Of a stretch of DNA of 64,000 nt, positions 46,834 to 59,570 are shown one piece after another (position 1 is the stretch's first letter; the number at the start of each line of letters is the position of its first letter). Origin of the DNA: Pristiophorus japonicus (taxonomy: Eukaryota); the NCBI RefSeq assembly GCF_044704955.1, contig NC_091982.1, positions 68,138,001 through 68,202,000 on the forward strand, read 5' to 3'. The notes under the pieces are model-generated. The model saw nothing but the letters and a program-made list of their open reading frames with translations, was not told the origin of the DNA and did not search any database. The translations under genes and the position numbers were made by a program.

Positions 46834-48013
46834 GTACTGGAGTTTCTGCTTGGTAGTACTGGTATTTTTGGTGCAGTTCACCCGAAATCGTCCAAACCAG
46901 CGCAAAAGTTCAGAATTTCAAACATAAAGTACATTCAGCGCCAATTGAGTTTCCGTAATCTTTTGCGTTAGTTTAAAAAAACATCACGCTACAAGCTGGC
47001 CCCACCCACAAAACTAGCCACGCCCCCAGATCGAATAAATCACCGTGGCGAGTTTCGGCTAATTGCGTCCGTTTGCGAGCCTTCGAGAGGGCGGCAAAAA
47101 TTAACACTGATTTTTTTTAGGAACAAGGACACTTTTAAAAAACTTTTGTATATAATTTTAAAAAGTTTTACTAAGAAGCTGACTCCTGTACACCAATTAA
47201 ATAACTATTAAATAACTATAGTTTTATAAAGTCATTCAGTAGGATTTAAAATCAAGTTACTCACAGGTGACCAGCTCCATTATGCGGGCCACATTGTTCA
47301 CATGCCTGATACAAGACTCCCAAAGCAAGCGCTCTACTCGGAATTCCTACATGGCAAGCGATCCCAGGTGGGCAGAGGAAACGTTTCAAGGACACCCTCA
47401 AAGTCTCTTTGATAAAATACAACATTCCCACTGACACCTGGGAGTCCCTGGCCAAAGAGCGCCCTAAGTGGAGGAAGAGCATCAGGGAGGGCGCTGAGCA
47501 CCCCGAGTCTCGTTGCCGAGAGCATGCTGAAAACAAGCGCAGGCAGCGGAAGGAGCGTGCGGCAAACCAGACTCCTCACCCACCCTTTCCTTCAACCACT
47601 GTCTGTCCCACCTGTGACAGAGACTGTAATTCCTGTATTGGACTGTTCAGTCACCTGAGAACTCACTTTTAGAGTGGAAGCAAGTCTTTCTCGATTTTGA
47701 TGGACTGCCTGTGATGATGACTCACTGGTGATGAACAAGACATGCTGATTAAAAATGCTTATTTTTGGTGATAAACCATTATCAGCAGCATTAATCAAAC
47801 TGCACCAAGTTAAGCTCTTAAACAGATCGAGGAATGTTTTAAAGGAAAATTTTTGTTTTTAAATTATGTTCTAAATGCTGCCCGTTTGTGCTGGTTCATG
47901 GCAGATTTTAGGTTCGGCGATATGCAAATGAGTTTGAATGGAAACTCGAGAAAATAAATTCTCAAAACTATCACTTGGATCGCCGATTATGCCCAAAGTG
48001 GAAACTCTGCCCC
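46834..48013. mobile_element. Probable non-autonomous Harbinger-type element interrupted by an RTE fragment
   Basis: Ends CTGGAGTTTCT / GTGGAAACTCTGCCCC resemble the Harbinger TIRs; CpG-rich subterminal regions, AT-rich core. Confidence 0.5.
47265..47721 (+). mobile_element. RTE LINE 3' end
   Basis: MPDTRLPKQALYSE, CPTCDRDC...FSHLRTH, (GAT)n tail. Confidence 0.87.
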
Positions 48014-48196
48014 AGTGTCCGCCTAACACCAGCCCCTGCCTGGCCCCGCCCCTCGCAGCTCCCACCCCGCCCCAGAGGATTAGATTTGCCCAAAAGCTAG
48101 ATTTGAAGACACAGAGGGTATTGTTAAATGATCTGCTACAAATTCACAAATTTCCATTTATACCTTCCTGAAAAGTGCAAATCTTGCTATGCACAG

Positions 48197-48580
48197 TGTC
48201 AGCTGTGACTCAGTGGGCAGCATCTCAGTCAGAAGGTTGTGGGTTCAAGTCCCACTCCAGGGATTTGAGTATAAAAATCTAGGCTGACACTTCAGTGCAT
48301 TGCTGAGGGAATGCTGCGCTGTCGGAGCTGCCGACTTTCAGATGAAATGTTAAACCATGCTTTCTCAGGTGGATGTAAAATATCCCATGGCACCATTTCG
48401 AAGAAGAACAGGGGTATTATCTCTGGTGTCCTGGCCAATATTTATACCTCAATCAACATAATAAAAACAGATTATTTGGTCATTATCACATTGCTGTTTG
48501 TGGCAGCTTGCTGTGCACAAAATTTGCTGCTGCATTTCCAACATTACAAAAGTGACCACACTTCAAAAGTGCTTCATCTG
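48197..48580 (+). mobile_element. tRNA-derived Deu-domain SINE (SacSINE1-like)
   Basis: Pol III A/B boxes (TGACTCAGTGG, GGTTCAAGTCC), Deu core ATCCCATGGCACCATTTCGAAGAAG. Confidence 0.78.
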
Positions 48581-48599
48581 TTGATTGAGGGATAACTAT

Positions 48600-48822
48600 G
48601 GACAAGGGCACGAGGACAAACACCTGGCTCTTCTTTGAATAGTGACTTGGAAAATTCTACATCCACCTGAGAAGGCAGATGGGGCCTTCATTTAACATCT
48701 CTTGTTATCGCATTGAAGTGTCAACCTAGATTATGTGCTCAAGTCTCAGGAATGAGATTTGAATCCATGGCCTTCTGACTCAGAGGCGAGACAGCTGCCA
48801 CTCAGCCATGGCTGACACCAAC
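48600..48822 (-). mobile_element. Degenerate Deu-type SINE
   Basis: Inverse similarity to the neighbouring SINE (CTCAGCCATGGCTGACAC head). Confidence 0.65.
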
Positions 48823-49189
48823 TTTTACAGTAGGAGGTGTGGTCTGCATTACATTGAACAGGGCCTGTACCCAAAATGTCTTGTCTGGTCTCTCTCCAGA
48901 TCTGATGGGCTGATGAGTGTTTCCAGCATTTTCTGCTTCCATTTCACATTTCCAGAATCCGTAGGATTTCACTTTGAAACTCCCATTTCTGCAGCTGAGC
49001 TTCATTTCAGCCAGGAAATATAACATCAAATAGCTTCCACACCTTTGTCAAAAAATTATCGACTGAATTCTGAACGTGGGCCTGGACCACCAATCACGGT
49101 ACAGTATTCTCATTGATAGTAATGAGAACTCCGATTTTACGGGTTCCCATTACTGTCAATGAGAATAACCCCCTGCAAATCAATATTTA

Positions 49190-49540
49190 ACTTCATGCAG
49201 GGGTTTGATAAGGTAGATGTGAAGAAGATGTTTCTACTTGTCGGGAATCCAAAACTAGGGGCCATCAATATAAGACAGTCACTAATAAATCCAACAGAGA
49301 ATTCAGGAGAAACTTCTTTACCCAGACAGTGGTGAGAATGTGGAACTTGCTGCCACAGGGAATGGTTGAGGCGAATAGTATCGATGCATTTAAGGGGAAG
49401 CTGGATAAACACTCGAGGGAGAAAGGAATGGAAGGAGATGGTGATGGGGTGAGATGGAGAGGAGTGGGAGAGGGGCTCGTGTGGAGTATAAACACCGGCA
49501 CGGATCAGTTGGGCCGAATGGCCTGTTTCTGTGCTGTTTA
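49190..49540 (+). mobile_element. CR1 3' end
   Basis: NFFTQTVVRMWNLLP; tail GGGCCGAATGGCCTG. Confidence 0.82.
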
Positions 49541-49541
49541 C

Positions 49542-50410
49542 TGGCCGTGAAGTTCCGGTGGGAGGCTGCCTTCGGACGAACATCTCCGACCCGAAATTTC
49601 TCTATGAATGTACCTGGTGGTCCCGGAGGTGCCTTGGATTCCAATCGGAGGTCTTCTTTCCCCGCACTTCGCAGCGAGCCCACGCCCACGGATGGAGAAG
49701 CTGGAGTCACGTGGGCCTGGACCACCAATCACGGTACAGTATTCTCATTGATTGTAATGAGAACTCCGATTTTACGGGTTCCCATTACTGTCAATGAGAA
49801 TAACCCCCTAAAATAGCCAAACACAACATAATAAATTAAAAAAAACATCACACATGGTTTACATAGTATTACTGATTACATTACATACTAGCCCTGAAAT
49901 TCTGGCTTGCCGCATGCGTACGGAGTGCGCATGGAGCCAGCGAGGCATCGCAAAAGCCGCTTTTGGCATGCGATGCTCATGCGCTGAAAAATTTCTCCGT
50001 AATTGAAATTAAAGTTAATTAAATGTTTTAGAAAAAATATATATTTTGGGGAATATTTTATAATGTGTTTAATAGGGTTTAAAATAAACTTACCTTAGTG
50101 GACAGGGTTTTTACTATAAAAATGTGTATTTAAATGTTATTTTTATATGTTTTAAAAATCTTACGCTGGTAAAAGTAGGCTATGTACCTGCTTTTACCAG
50201 TTGTAAAAGTTTGAAGGACATTCGCTGGGCAAGAGATGGACAAATAGCCCAATCTCTCCCGCACGGATGTTCTTCTCCCGGGGATGCGGAGGATCTGTAC
50301 GGAGAAATCTTTTAGCGCATGAGCATCGCATGCCAAAAGCGGCTTTTGCGAGGCCTTGCTGGGTCCATGCGCACTCCATACCACACCCAGCGAGCCAGAA
50401 TTTCAGGGCC
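49542..50410. mobile_element. Probable Harbinger-type MITE, rearranged
   Basis: Ends GGCCGTGAAGTTC / GAATTTCAGGGCC; internal inverted duplication. Confidence 0.5.
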
Positions 50411-51709
50411 AGTATGTAATGTAATACTATGGAAACCAAGGTGCTGAATTGTGGAAGGGTCACATTGACTGGAAAATTACTGTGTGTTTCTACATTAAAT
50501 GCTCTCATCCATTAACTACATTGATGGGCCACACATTCTACCCAGGAACTCGGCAGCTGAGTGATTGTGTTCCCTCCTGGTGAAGACGAGCAGCGACCCT
50601 TGCATTAGGAACCGATTCAAACACTTGGCTTGGAATTAATGAATTGGGTGGGACAACTCTACTGTCTAAGGGTTTTGATGACTTTCAGGGCTCAGACTGG
50701 CACGTTCTCTTAGATTTCAAAAATGATTAGTTGCTCTCAGAAAACAAACCCCAGCTGTGGTTTCTGCATTAACCGTGATCCTGTGTGAGACAAGGCACTG
50801 GCCATCCATTGCCTTTCACAATGCACTCTCTGGGGTTCCTCTTCCTTGACGTACCCCGTTTGGTCAGAACTTCATTACATCAATTACTCAGCAAACACAT
50901 CATCATTTATTTGCAATTAGCATCAAGGAGCTTGGATTTTTTTAATAAGGGATTGCAGATGAGGCCACAGTTGGTGCTCACTAGTTTCCATGTAATGTCC
51001 CATTTCTCATACATTAACTGTACAAATCAATCCACAGGAACAGATTGCTGGCATTGTGACCGCTGGAGTGACAGTGCAAAGTGTGGTCCAACTGGGCATG
51101 AGCTTCTCCAGCCAGCAGGACCAACCTGTGCAACATTAAACCACCCGAACTATGCTTTCCCATGTGGAATCATCACCAAGGTTTCTGAAGTGCAAAAATC
51201 GAGAGGCTCAGAAAAGGTGGTGTCCATTTTTCTGGTCAGTGATTTGCGCCAGACTTTGAATCGATGATAGAAACACCGAGGAATGCATTCCCAAATATTC
51301 CTGGGAATATTGGCCAGGACTTGCACTTGTCCAGAACCAACCTCATCTCTTCCCTTTCATTTGCATCGATAGGCTGCTAAACCCTCCCCCAAAGCAGGAC
51401 ATTAACCAGAAATGCAGAAAGGCAAGATGGGAGGGTTAGAGAACCTTAACTTGTCTTGATTTCTCTAGAAAGAATAGTGTGAGGATAAAGTGAACCCGAA
51501 CATGTTGGGTGACATGGTGTCCTCTCTGATGTGATTCATTGTGGAGCATGAGGTTAAATCCAGAGCCAATCTATGTCACCCTTTACTGGGGGTTCTGGGG
51601 CTGCCAGATTGAATACAGTGCTGTCAGCAGAGGTTAAATATCACTCCAGTGTTAAACCAAATGTGAAGTGTAAGGAGCAGAATGGAGCTGATGTTCTTGT
51701 GTAGTAGCA

Positions 51710-52335
51710 TGCCAGGTAGATAAGGTGGTTAAGAAGGCATTATGGATACTTGCCTTTATTAACCAAGGCATAGAATACAAGAGCAGAGAGGTTATGCTTA
51801 AACTGTATAAAACACTGGTTAGGCCATAGCTAAGAGTATTGCAGGCAGTTCTGGTCGCTGTATTACTGGAAAGGGTACAGAGGAGAGTTACGAGGATGTT
51901 GCCGGAAATGGAGAATCTTAGCTATGAGGAAAGATTGGATAGGCTGGTTTTGTTCTCCTTGGAACATAGGAGGCTGAGGGGAGACCTCATTGAGATGTAT
52001 AAAATTATAAGGGACCTATATATAGTGGACAGGAAGGACCTATTTCCCTTGGCAGAGGGATCAACAACCAGGGGACATAGATTGAAAGTAATTGGGGGGA
52101 GGTTTAGAGGGGATTTGAGGGGAAATTTCTTCACCCAGAGGGTGGTGGGGGTCTGGAACTCACTGCCTGAAAGGGTGGTAGAGGCAGAAACCCTCACCAC
52201 ATTTAAAAAGTACCTAAAGTGCCGTAACATGCATGGTTACGGACCTAGAGCTGGAAAGTGGGATTATTGGCAGGCTCGGACACGATGGGCCGAAATGGCC
52301 TCCTTCCGTGCTGTAAACTTCTACATTCTATGATT
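51710..52335 (+). mobile_element. CR1 3' fragment
   Basis: LERVQRR...NFFTQRVVGVWNSLP. Confidence 0.88.
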
Positions 52336-52999
52336 CCACACAGTTAAAATGCTGACATCCCCCACCCACACATCCCCTACCACCTGACGGAGACAAAAAT
52401 CTCGAGCAACATACAGGCAACAGGATGAGAAAGGGGTTTGTTCCCAGTTAACCCTGTGGAGAAAGGAGCGGCGGCCGCCTTAACTAAAGTGCGGTGTCCC
52501 CTCCAACAATGGCCAACACACCTTGTGGAATAACTCACTGTGTGCAACCCTGTGTAACTGGTCACAACACACAAACAGACTAGTCACTCCCAAATGGCCT
52601 TTTGTTTCTCTGACACTTCCTTCTCAGGGGTCGCTTATTATGTGCAGTTTGTTTGCAATTTTCATTGACATCAGCAATTTTTCCATGAAAAGTGTATTTT
52701 AAAAGTGAAAGAAAAGGAGGTGTCTGTATTTGTGAAAGCAGCATTTACAGGCCAATCAAGCAACATGGGAGATTCGTTTCACCAATTTATATCAAAATGC
52801 ACACACCTTCTTTACCACACAGTCAACACAGTTATAGACAATGACCATGTTTTATGGCAAGTGAAATTATTACAGCAGCTGTACTGTGCAGTGTGTTCAT
52901 GGTATTATTCACTTATTATTCCACTTGGAATATTAACTTAAAATGGAAAGTCAAGTGTGCAGTTATTGCCCTACAGTGAGGGGGCATCAATCTGGAAGT

Positions 53000-53340
53000 T
53001 ATTGCATTTCTATAGTGCCTTCCATGATCTCAGGATACTCCAAAACGCTTCATAACCAATGAAGTAGGTTTGAAGTGTAGTCACTGTTGTAATGTGGGGA
53101 ACGCTGCAGCCATTTTGCGCACAGCAAGCTCCCACACACAGCAATGTGATAATGACCAGATCATCTATTTTAGTGATGTTGGTTGAGGAATAAATATTGG
53201 CCCCAGGACACCAGGGATAACTCCCCTGCTCTTCTTCAAAATAGTGCCATGGGATCTTTTACATTCATCTGAGAGAGCAGGCGGGGTTTGACGTCTCATC
53301 CGAAGGACGGCTCCTCTGACAGCCTCAGTCACTGCCCTTT
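53000..53340 (-). mobile_element. Deu-type SINE
   Basis: CTCTTCTTCAAAATAGTGCCATGGGATC is the reverse of the Deu core. Confidence 0.75.
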
Positions 53341-54006
53341 GACAATGTTGGAAGTGGATGTACCTCAAGTGCAGCTTCAATCCCCGGGGCACCCAGTTTG
53401 TGCTGAATTTGGAAGCCGGGACCAATCGCAAGGAGGGGCCCTGGACAATTGTCAATCACTGACTTCCAATTTGACAGCAGCGCACTTCCGGGGGGGGTGG
53501 GTCAGGGTGAGAGGTGAGGCCCAGAAACCTCCCTCCCCCACCATGATCATTTTTTACCCAAAACCCGGTGCAGGGAGGACCAATTTCTCCCCTTTGTGAG
53601 TTCACCGCCCCAGTTTGTTGTGCTTGCTGTTACTGTATGTTATTGGCCCAGCGGCTGTACTGTGGGAGATACATAAAGATTTCTATGTAGAAGTTTGTCA
53701 TTAATTTATTGAATGAAGAAATGCAGTAAACGCGGTTTCAGCTGCAGTGTCCAGGGGTAGAGCACCAGTCACCTGTCGCATACAGCTCAGCTGTATCGCT
53801 CTGAACAGCTCAGAGGGAGTGACATTGGTGTTCAGCACACGCTTACAACAGCGAATTCACAGCACGTTTTACAGCAGGCCATATTTTCTTTAGTATTGAA
53901 ATCAGTGGCAAACAAAATTGGGCGCGGCGTAAAATGAGCGCCCAATTTTCTGCTTTGGTCGAAGACCAATTTCAACCCAGACTATCACTGAAAGCACACC
54001 TGCATG

Positions 54007-54121
54007 TGGAGTAACTCTCCTTCCTCGACTTTCTGCGCCTCTTGCCGCCCTTCGCTGAGGGTTTAGTGACCGTTTTCTTGGCGCCTTTCTTGGCAGTAAC
54101 CATTTTCTTTTCATCAACCAT
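54007..54121 (-). pseudogene. Histone H2B N-terminal fragment
   Basis: Minus-strand translation from ATG 54121: MVDEKKMVTAKKGAKKTVTKPSAKGGKRRRKSRKESYS, then similarity stops; no histone fold. Confidence 0.82.
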
Positions 54122-54761
54122 CGTCTGGTTCAGTCCAGCACAGATTTTTTTTGGAGATCAAACACAATCTCAATCCAGATTTTAGAATATATCAGTTTTC
54201 CATTGAATCTTCAAAGCACCCTTTAAAAACCTATCTGGTGTTTATTTAAATGGTTCGAGAATGCAGGCACTATCTAAACGGGTTTTGACATTTTATTTGC
54301 TCTGGGATGTGGGTGTCGCTGGCAAAGCAACAGTTATTGCCCATCCCCAACTACCTTGGGAAGGTAGTGGTGTGTCAGCTCACACCTTCAGCTGATGGTG
54401 CTCCTACGAAGATGGTAGGTCGGGAATTCCAAGATACTGACCAAGTGACGATGAATGAATGGCAACATAGGCTCAAGTCAGAGAGGGGAACCCGGAGGTG
54501 TTGGTGGTACCATGACACTACTCTTGTCCTTCTGTTGGGAGAGGAACAACTGCTGGGACCCAGACACTCACAAAGCTCACTGCTGGGCAGTGGGACTGCA
54601 GTTCCAGCCAGGCAGTATCACTGGGGCACTGCCCGGCTCGAACTGATACTGCACCAATTGACAAAGAGCAGCACCTGCATTAAACTGCAGTGTGTCCCCA
54701 CTTGGCAGTCTGAGGCCTCCTGGGTGAGGCAGTCGGACCACTTGGTGTTCACAACTGCAGA

Positions 54762-55502
54762 TCCTTCCCCCCCTCACCTTCTATCTCCCCTTCCCCCCTC
54801 ACCTTCTCTCTCCCCTTCCCCCTCACCTTCTCTCTCCCCTTCCCCCTCACCTTCTCTCTCTCTCCTTTCCCCCTCACCTTCTCCCTCCCCTTTCCCCTTC
54901 AACTTCTCCCTCCCCTTTCCCCCTCACCTTCTCCCTCCCCTTTCCCCCTCACCTTCTCCCTCCCCTTTCCCCCCTCACTCTCTCTCATTTCCCCTTTCTC
55001 TCCCCTTCCCCCTCACCTTCTCCCTCCCCTTTCCCCATCACCTTCTCCCTCCCCTTTCCCCCCTCACCTCTCTCTCCTTTCCCCTTTCTCTCCCCTTCCC
55101 CCTCATCTTCTCCCTCCCCTTTCCCCCTCACCTTCTCTCTCACCTTTCCCCCTCATCTTCTCCCTCCCCTTTCCCCCTCACCTTCTCTCTCCTTTCCCCT
55201 TCCCCTTCTCCCTCCCCTTTCCCCCTCACCTTCTCTCTCTCCTTTCCCTCTCACCTTCTCCCTCCCCTTTCCCCCTCACCTTCTCTCTCTCCTTTCCCCT
55301 TCTCCCTCCCCTTTCCCCCTCACCTTCTCTCTTTCCTTTCCCCCTCACCTTCTCCCTCCCCTTTCCCCCTTCCCCTTCTCTCTCCCTTTTCCCCTCACCT
55401 TCTCTCTCCCCTTTCCCCCTTCAACTTCTCTTTCCCTCTCTCCATCTCCATCCCCTATCACAATCATTTCACCCTCCCCTCCCATATCCCCTTCCCTTCC
55501 CC
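54762..55502 (+). repeat. Polypyrimidine minisatellite, unit about CCCCTCACCTTCTCCCTCCCCTTTC
   Basis: About 740 bp with essentially no G on plus. Confidence 0.93.
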
Positions 55503-56925
55503 AACTACAGGTGTGGTGCCAGAGGACAGGAGGATTGCTAATATGGTACCTTTGTTTAAAAATGGAGAAAGGGATAGACTGAGTAATTACAGGCCAGTCA
55601 GCCTAACCTCGGTGGTGGAAAAATTATTGGAAAATATTCTGAAGGACAGGCTATATCTTCATTTAGAAAGACACAGATTAATCAAGGATAGTAGGCATTG
55701 ATTTGTTAAGGGAAGGTTGTGTCTGACTAACTTGATTCAGGAGATAACATGGAGGGTCGATGAGGGCAGTGCATTTGATATAATGTATATAGATTTTAGC
55801 AAGACTTTTGATAAGGTCCCACATGCAGGCTGGTCACAAAATTAAAAGCCCATGGGATCCAGGGCAAAGTGACAAGTTGGATCCAAAATTGGCTCCGAGG
55901 CAGGAAGCAGAAGTTAATGGTTGATGGGTGTTTCTGTGACTGGAAAGATGTTTCCAGTGGGGTTCCGCAGGGCTCAGTGCTGGTTCCCTTGCTTTTTGTG
56001 GTATACATCAATGATCTAGACTTGAATGTAGGGGGTATGTTTAAAAAGCTTGCAGCTGATACAAAAACTGGTTGAGTGGTTGATAATGAAGAATAAATCT
56101 GCAGACTGCAGGAAGATATCAATCAGCTGGTCAGGTGGGCAGAACAGTGGCAAATGGAATTCAATTGGGAGAAGTGTGAGGTAATGTTTTGGGGAGGGCT
56201 AACAAGGCAAGGGAATACACATGAAATGGTAGGACACTGAGAAGTGTAGAGGAACAAAGGGACCTTGGAGTGCATGTCCACAGATCTCTGAAGCTAGCAG
56301 GCCAATTAGATAAGGTGGTTAAGAAGGCATATGCCTTTATTAGCCGAAGCATAGAATACAAGAGCAGGGAGGTTATGCTTGAAATGTATAAAACACTAAT
56401 TAGGCCACAGCTAGAGTACTGTGTGCAGGTCTAGTCACCACATTACAGGAAATATGTGTTTGCAATAGAGAGGGTACAGAGGAGATTTATGAAGATCTTG
56501 CCTGGACTGGAGAATTTTAGCAATCAGGAAAGATTGGATAGGCTGGGGCTGTTTTCTTTGGAACAGAGGAGGCTGAGGGGAGACCATATTGAGGTGTATA
56601 ACATTATGAGGGGCCTAGATAGAGTGGATAGGAAGGACCTATTTCCCTTAGCAGAGAGGTCAATAACCAGGGGGCATAGATTTAAAGTAATTGGAGGGAG
56701 GTTTAGAGGGGATTTGAGGGGGAATTTCTTCACCCAGAGGGTGGTGGGGGTCTGGAACTCACTTCCTGAAAGTACTTGGATGTGCATTTAAAGTACCGTA
56801 ACCTACAGGGCAACAGACCTAGAGCTGGAAAGTGGGATTAAGCTGGACAACTCTTTGTCAGCCGATGCAGACACGATGGGCCGAAATTATCTCCTTCCGT
56901 TCTGTAAATTTCTACTTCTATGATT
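55503..56925 (+). mobile_element. CR1 LINE 3' half
   Basis: NYRPVSLTS, PQGSVL, FFTQRVVGVWNSLP. Confidence 0.92.
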
Positions 56926-57229
56926 CCAGTTCAGTGCATTGCAAATATAATCTATATGTGATTTTATTTATATCCTCACTCTGTTTTAGAAAAGCAAGTC
57001 ATAGAAATGTCTTGGGACATCAGTCCCCAGATGTGCGTAGCGCACGAAAATAACAGTCTGCAGAAAAGTCAAATTGGAAGCAGATGCTCCTGGACTCGGG
57101 CAAGTAAATGGAAGAGCTCAAGCGAAGAAGCGCATGCTTGATTTGCTCAGTACAAGTTCTGCTCAGTTATGCCTCACAGGCAAAAGTCTCATGGTTTCAG
57201 GTCCCACTCTTAAATCCACAGCACGTAAT

Positions 57230-58452
57230 GTTCGGGTTGGCAGGCTGTAACTAGTGGGGTGCCACAGGGATCGGTGCTGGGGCCCCAACTATTCACAATC
57301 TATATCAATGATTTGGACGAGGGGACCAAATGTAATATATTCAGGTTTGCTGATGATACAAAGCTAGATGGGAATGTAAGTTGTGAGGAGGATGCAAAGA
57401 GGCTTCAAGGGGATATAGACAGGCTGAGTGAGTGGGCAAGAACATGGCAAATGGAATATAATGTGGAGAAATATGAAGTGATCCACTTTGGTAGGAAAAA
57501 TAGAAAAGCAGAGTATTTTTAAATGGTGAGTGATTGGGAAATGTTGGAGTTCAGAGGGACCTGGGTGTCCTTGTACACGGATCATTGAAAGTTACCATGC
57601 AGGTACAGCAAGTAGTTAAGAAAGCAAATGGTATGTTGGTCTTTATTACAAGAAGATTTGAATACAAGAGTAAAGAGGGCCGAAATTTCCCTCCGATGGA
57701 AGCGGGGCGCATCTACCTTTTTGAAGTGTTCTGACGGCCGCAATGGATGCGGCAACCTATCTGGCGAAATTCAGCTCCTCGTGGCTTTTTTCCAGTGGGG
57801 TGGAAGTGGGAGCAGAGTGGAATGCCCACAGCTGTCAGTCATCGCGCTGGTGCGTCACAATGTCTCTCCCCTTCAGTTAACGGGGAGAGCCTCTGTGAAC
57901 TCTGCATTTATTTTAGTTAGGTTCACTGGGCCACCAGGGAGCTTCTGGTTGGGCCAGCGGACTGGCACCCAAGAGGGGATGCCAGGCTGCCTGTTGCTGG
58001 CCCGGCCAAACCCGGAGGTATAACTGTCAGGCCGACAAGAAAAAATAACATGGCGGCCACGGCAGTGCGCCCTCCCCTTTAAGGGCGGCCGCACCGCCAT
58101 TTCACACAGAGTGCACCAACAGTAAAAGCTGTTGGGGGCACCGGCCAGCGGTGCAGCTGCTCCCACGGGGCAATTTTGTAAGTGGGTCCCTGCTGGATGG
58201 TAAGGAGTCGGCGCGTGCATTCTGTGGTGGGAAAACAGGCGACACCGCTCCGCTCCTGAGGAAGGGCAATTTCTAAAATGCCGGCCACTCCACAGAGAGT
58301 CGGTGGCCATTCCGCGCCGCACCGTGGCCGACGCTTTCTGGCGGTCAGAGGCCTTATCGAAAGGGGAAATTTTGGCTGCAAGATGCCTTGCTGCAATTAT
58401 ATACGGCCCTGGTGAGTCCACACCTGGAGTATTGTGTATCGTTTTGGTCTCA
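57230..58452 (+). mobile_element. CR1 fragment interrupted by a MITE
   Basis: [14 protein letters not shown]; sequence resumes at 58380. Confidence 0.85.
57676..58379. mobile_element. Harbinger-type MITE
   Basis: Ends AGGGCCGAAATTTCCC / GGGGAAATTTTGGCTGC; AAG at 57673-57675 and 58380-58382 as 3-bp TSD; removal restores CR1 EYKSK-D. Confidence 0.7.
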
Positions 58453-58502
58453 TTACTAAGTCTCCTCTGAGCAGATATTGAGTCGACTAGGCCGATATTC
58501 AT

Positions 58503-59418
58503 GGAAACATAGAAACATAGAAAATAGGTGCAGGAGTAGGCCATTCGGCGCTTCGAGCCTGCACCACCATTCATTAAGATCATGGCTGATCATTCACTCA
58601 GTACCTCTTTCCTGCTTTCTCTCCTTGATCCCTTGATCCCTTTAGCCGTATGGGCCATATCTAACTCTTGAATATATCCAATGAACTGGCATCAACAATT
58701 CTCTGCGGTAGGGAATTCCACAGGTTAACAACTCTCTGAGTGAAGAAGTTTCTCCTCATCCCAATCCTAAATGGCTTACCCCTTATCCTTAGACTATGTC
58801 CCCTGGTTCTGGACTTCTCCAACATCGGGAACATTCTTCCTGCATCTAACCTGTCCAGTCCCGTCAGAATTTTATAAGTTTCTATGAGATCCCCTCTCAT
58901 CCTTCTAAATTCCAGTGAATACAGGCCCAGTCGATCCAGTCTCTCCTCATATGTTAGTCCTGCCATCCCGGGAATCAGTCTGGTGAACCTTCGCTGCACT
59001 CCCTCAATAGCAAGAACATCCTTCCTCAGATTAGGAGACCAAAACTGAACACAATATTCCAGATAAGGCCTCACCAAGGCCCTGTACAACTGCAGTAAGA
59101 CCTCCCTGCTCCTATAATCAAATCCCCTAGCTATGAAGGCCAACATACCATTTGCCTTCTTCACTGCCTGCTGTACCTGCATGCCAACTTTCAATGACTG
59201 ATGTACCATGACACCCAGGTCTCGTTGCACCTCCCCTTTTCCTAATCTGCCGCCATCCAGATAATATTCTGCCTTCGTGTTTTTGCCACCAAAGTGGATA
59301 ACCTCACATTCATCCACATTATAGTGCATCTGCCATGCGTTTGCCCACTCACCTAACCTGTCCAAGTCACCCTGCAGCCTCTTAGCCTCCTCCTCACAGC
59401 TCACACTGCCACCCAGCT
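58503..59418 (-). mobile_element. CR1 3' fragment, same subfamily as 40065-43160
   Basis: 247-aa ORF 58661-59404; (CATAGAAA)n tail. Confidence 0.92.
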
Positions 59419-59570
59419 TAGTTTCGAGATTTTAGAAGAATGAGAGATGATCCCATTGAAACATACAAAATTCTTACAGGGATTGACAGGGTAGATGCAG
59501 GGAGGATGTTTCCTCTGGCTGGGGAGTCAGGAACCAAGATCACAGTCTCAGAATAAGGGGTCGACCATTT
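59419..59570 (+). mobile_element. CR1 fragment (possibly continued at 61785-61975)
   Basis: FRRMRDDPIETYKILTGIDRVDAGRMFPL. Confidence 0.75.

Noticed and set aside
48197-48265. tRNA gene
   Set aside because: The A/B boxes are the head of a SINE and continue into the Deu domain
54307-55701. 464-aa Pro/Ser/Leu/Phe-rich ORF
   Set aside because: Open only because the pyrimidine tract cannot contain stops; it ends in CR1 sequence
56989-57104. Possible plus-strand exon (TTTTAG acceptor, one open frame)
   Set aside because: No recognisable protein and no partner exons found
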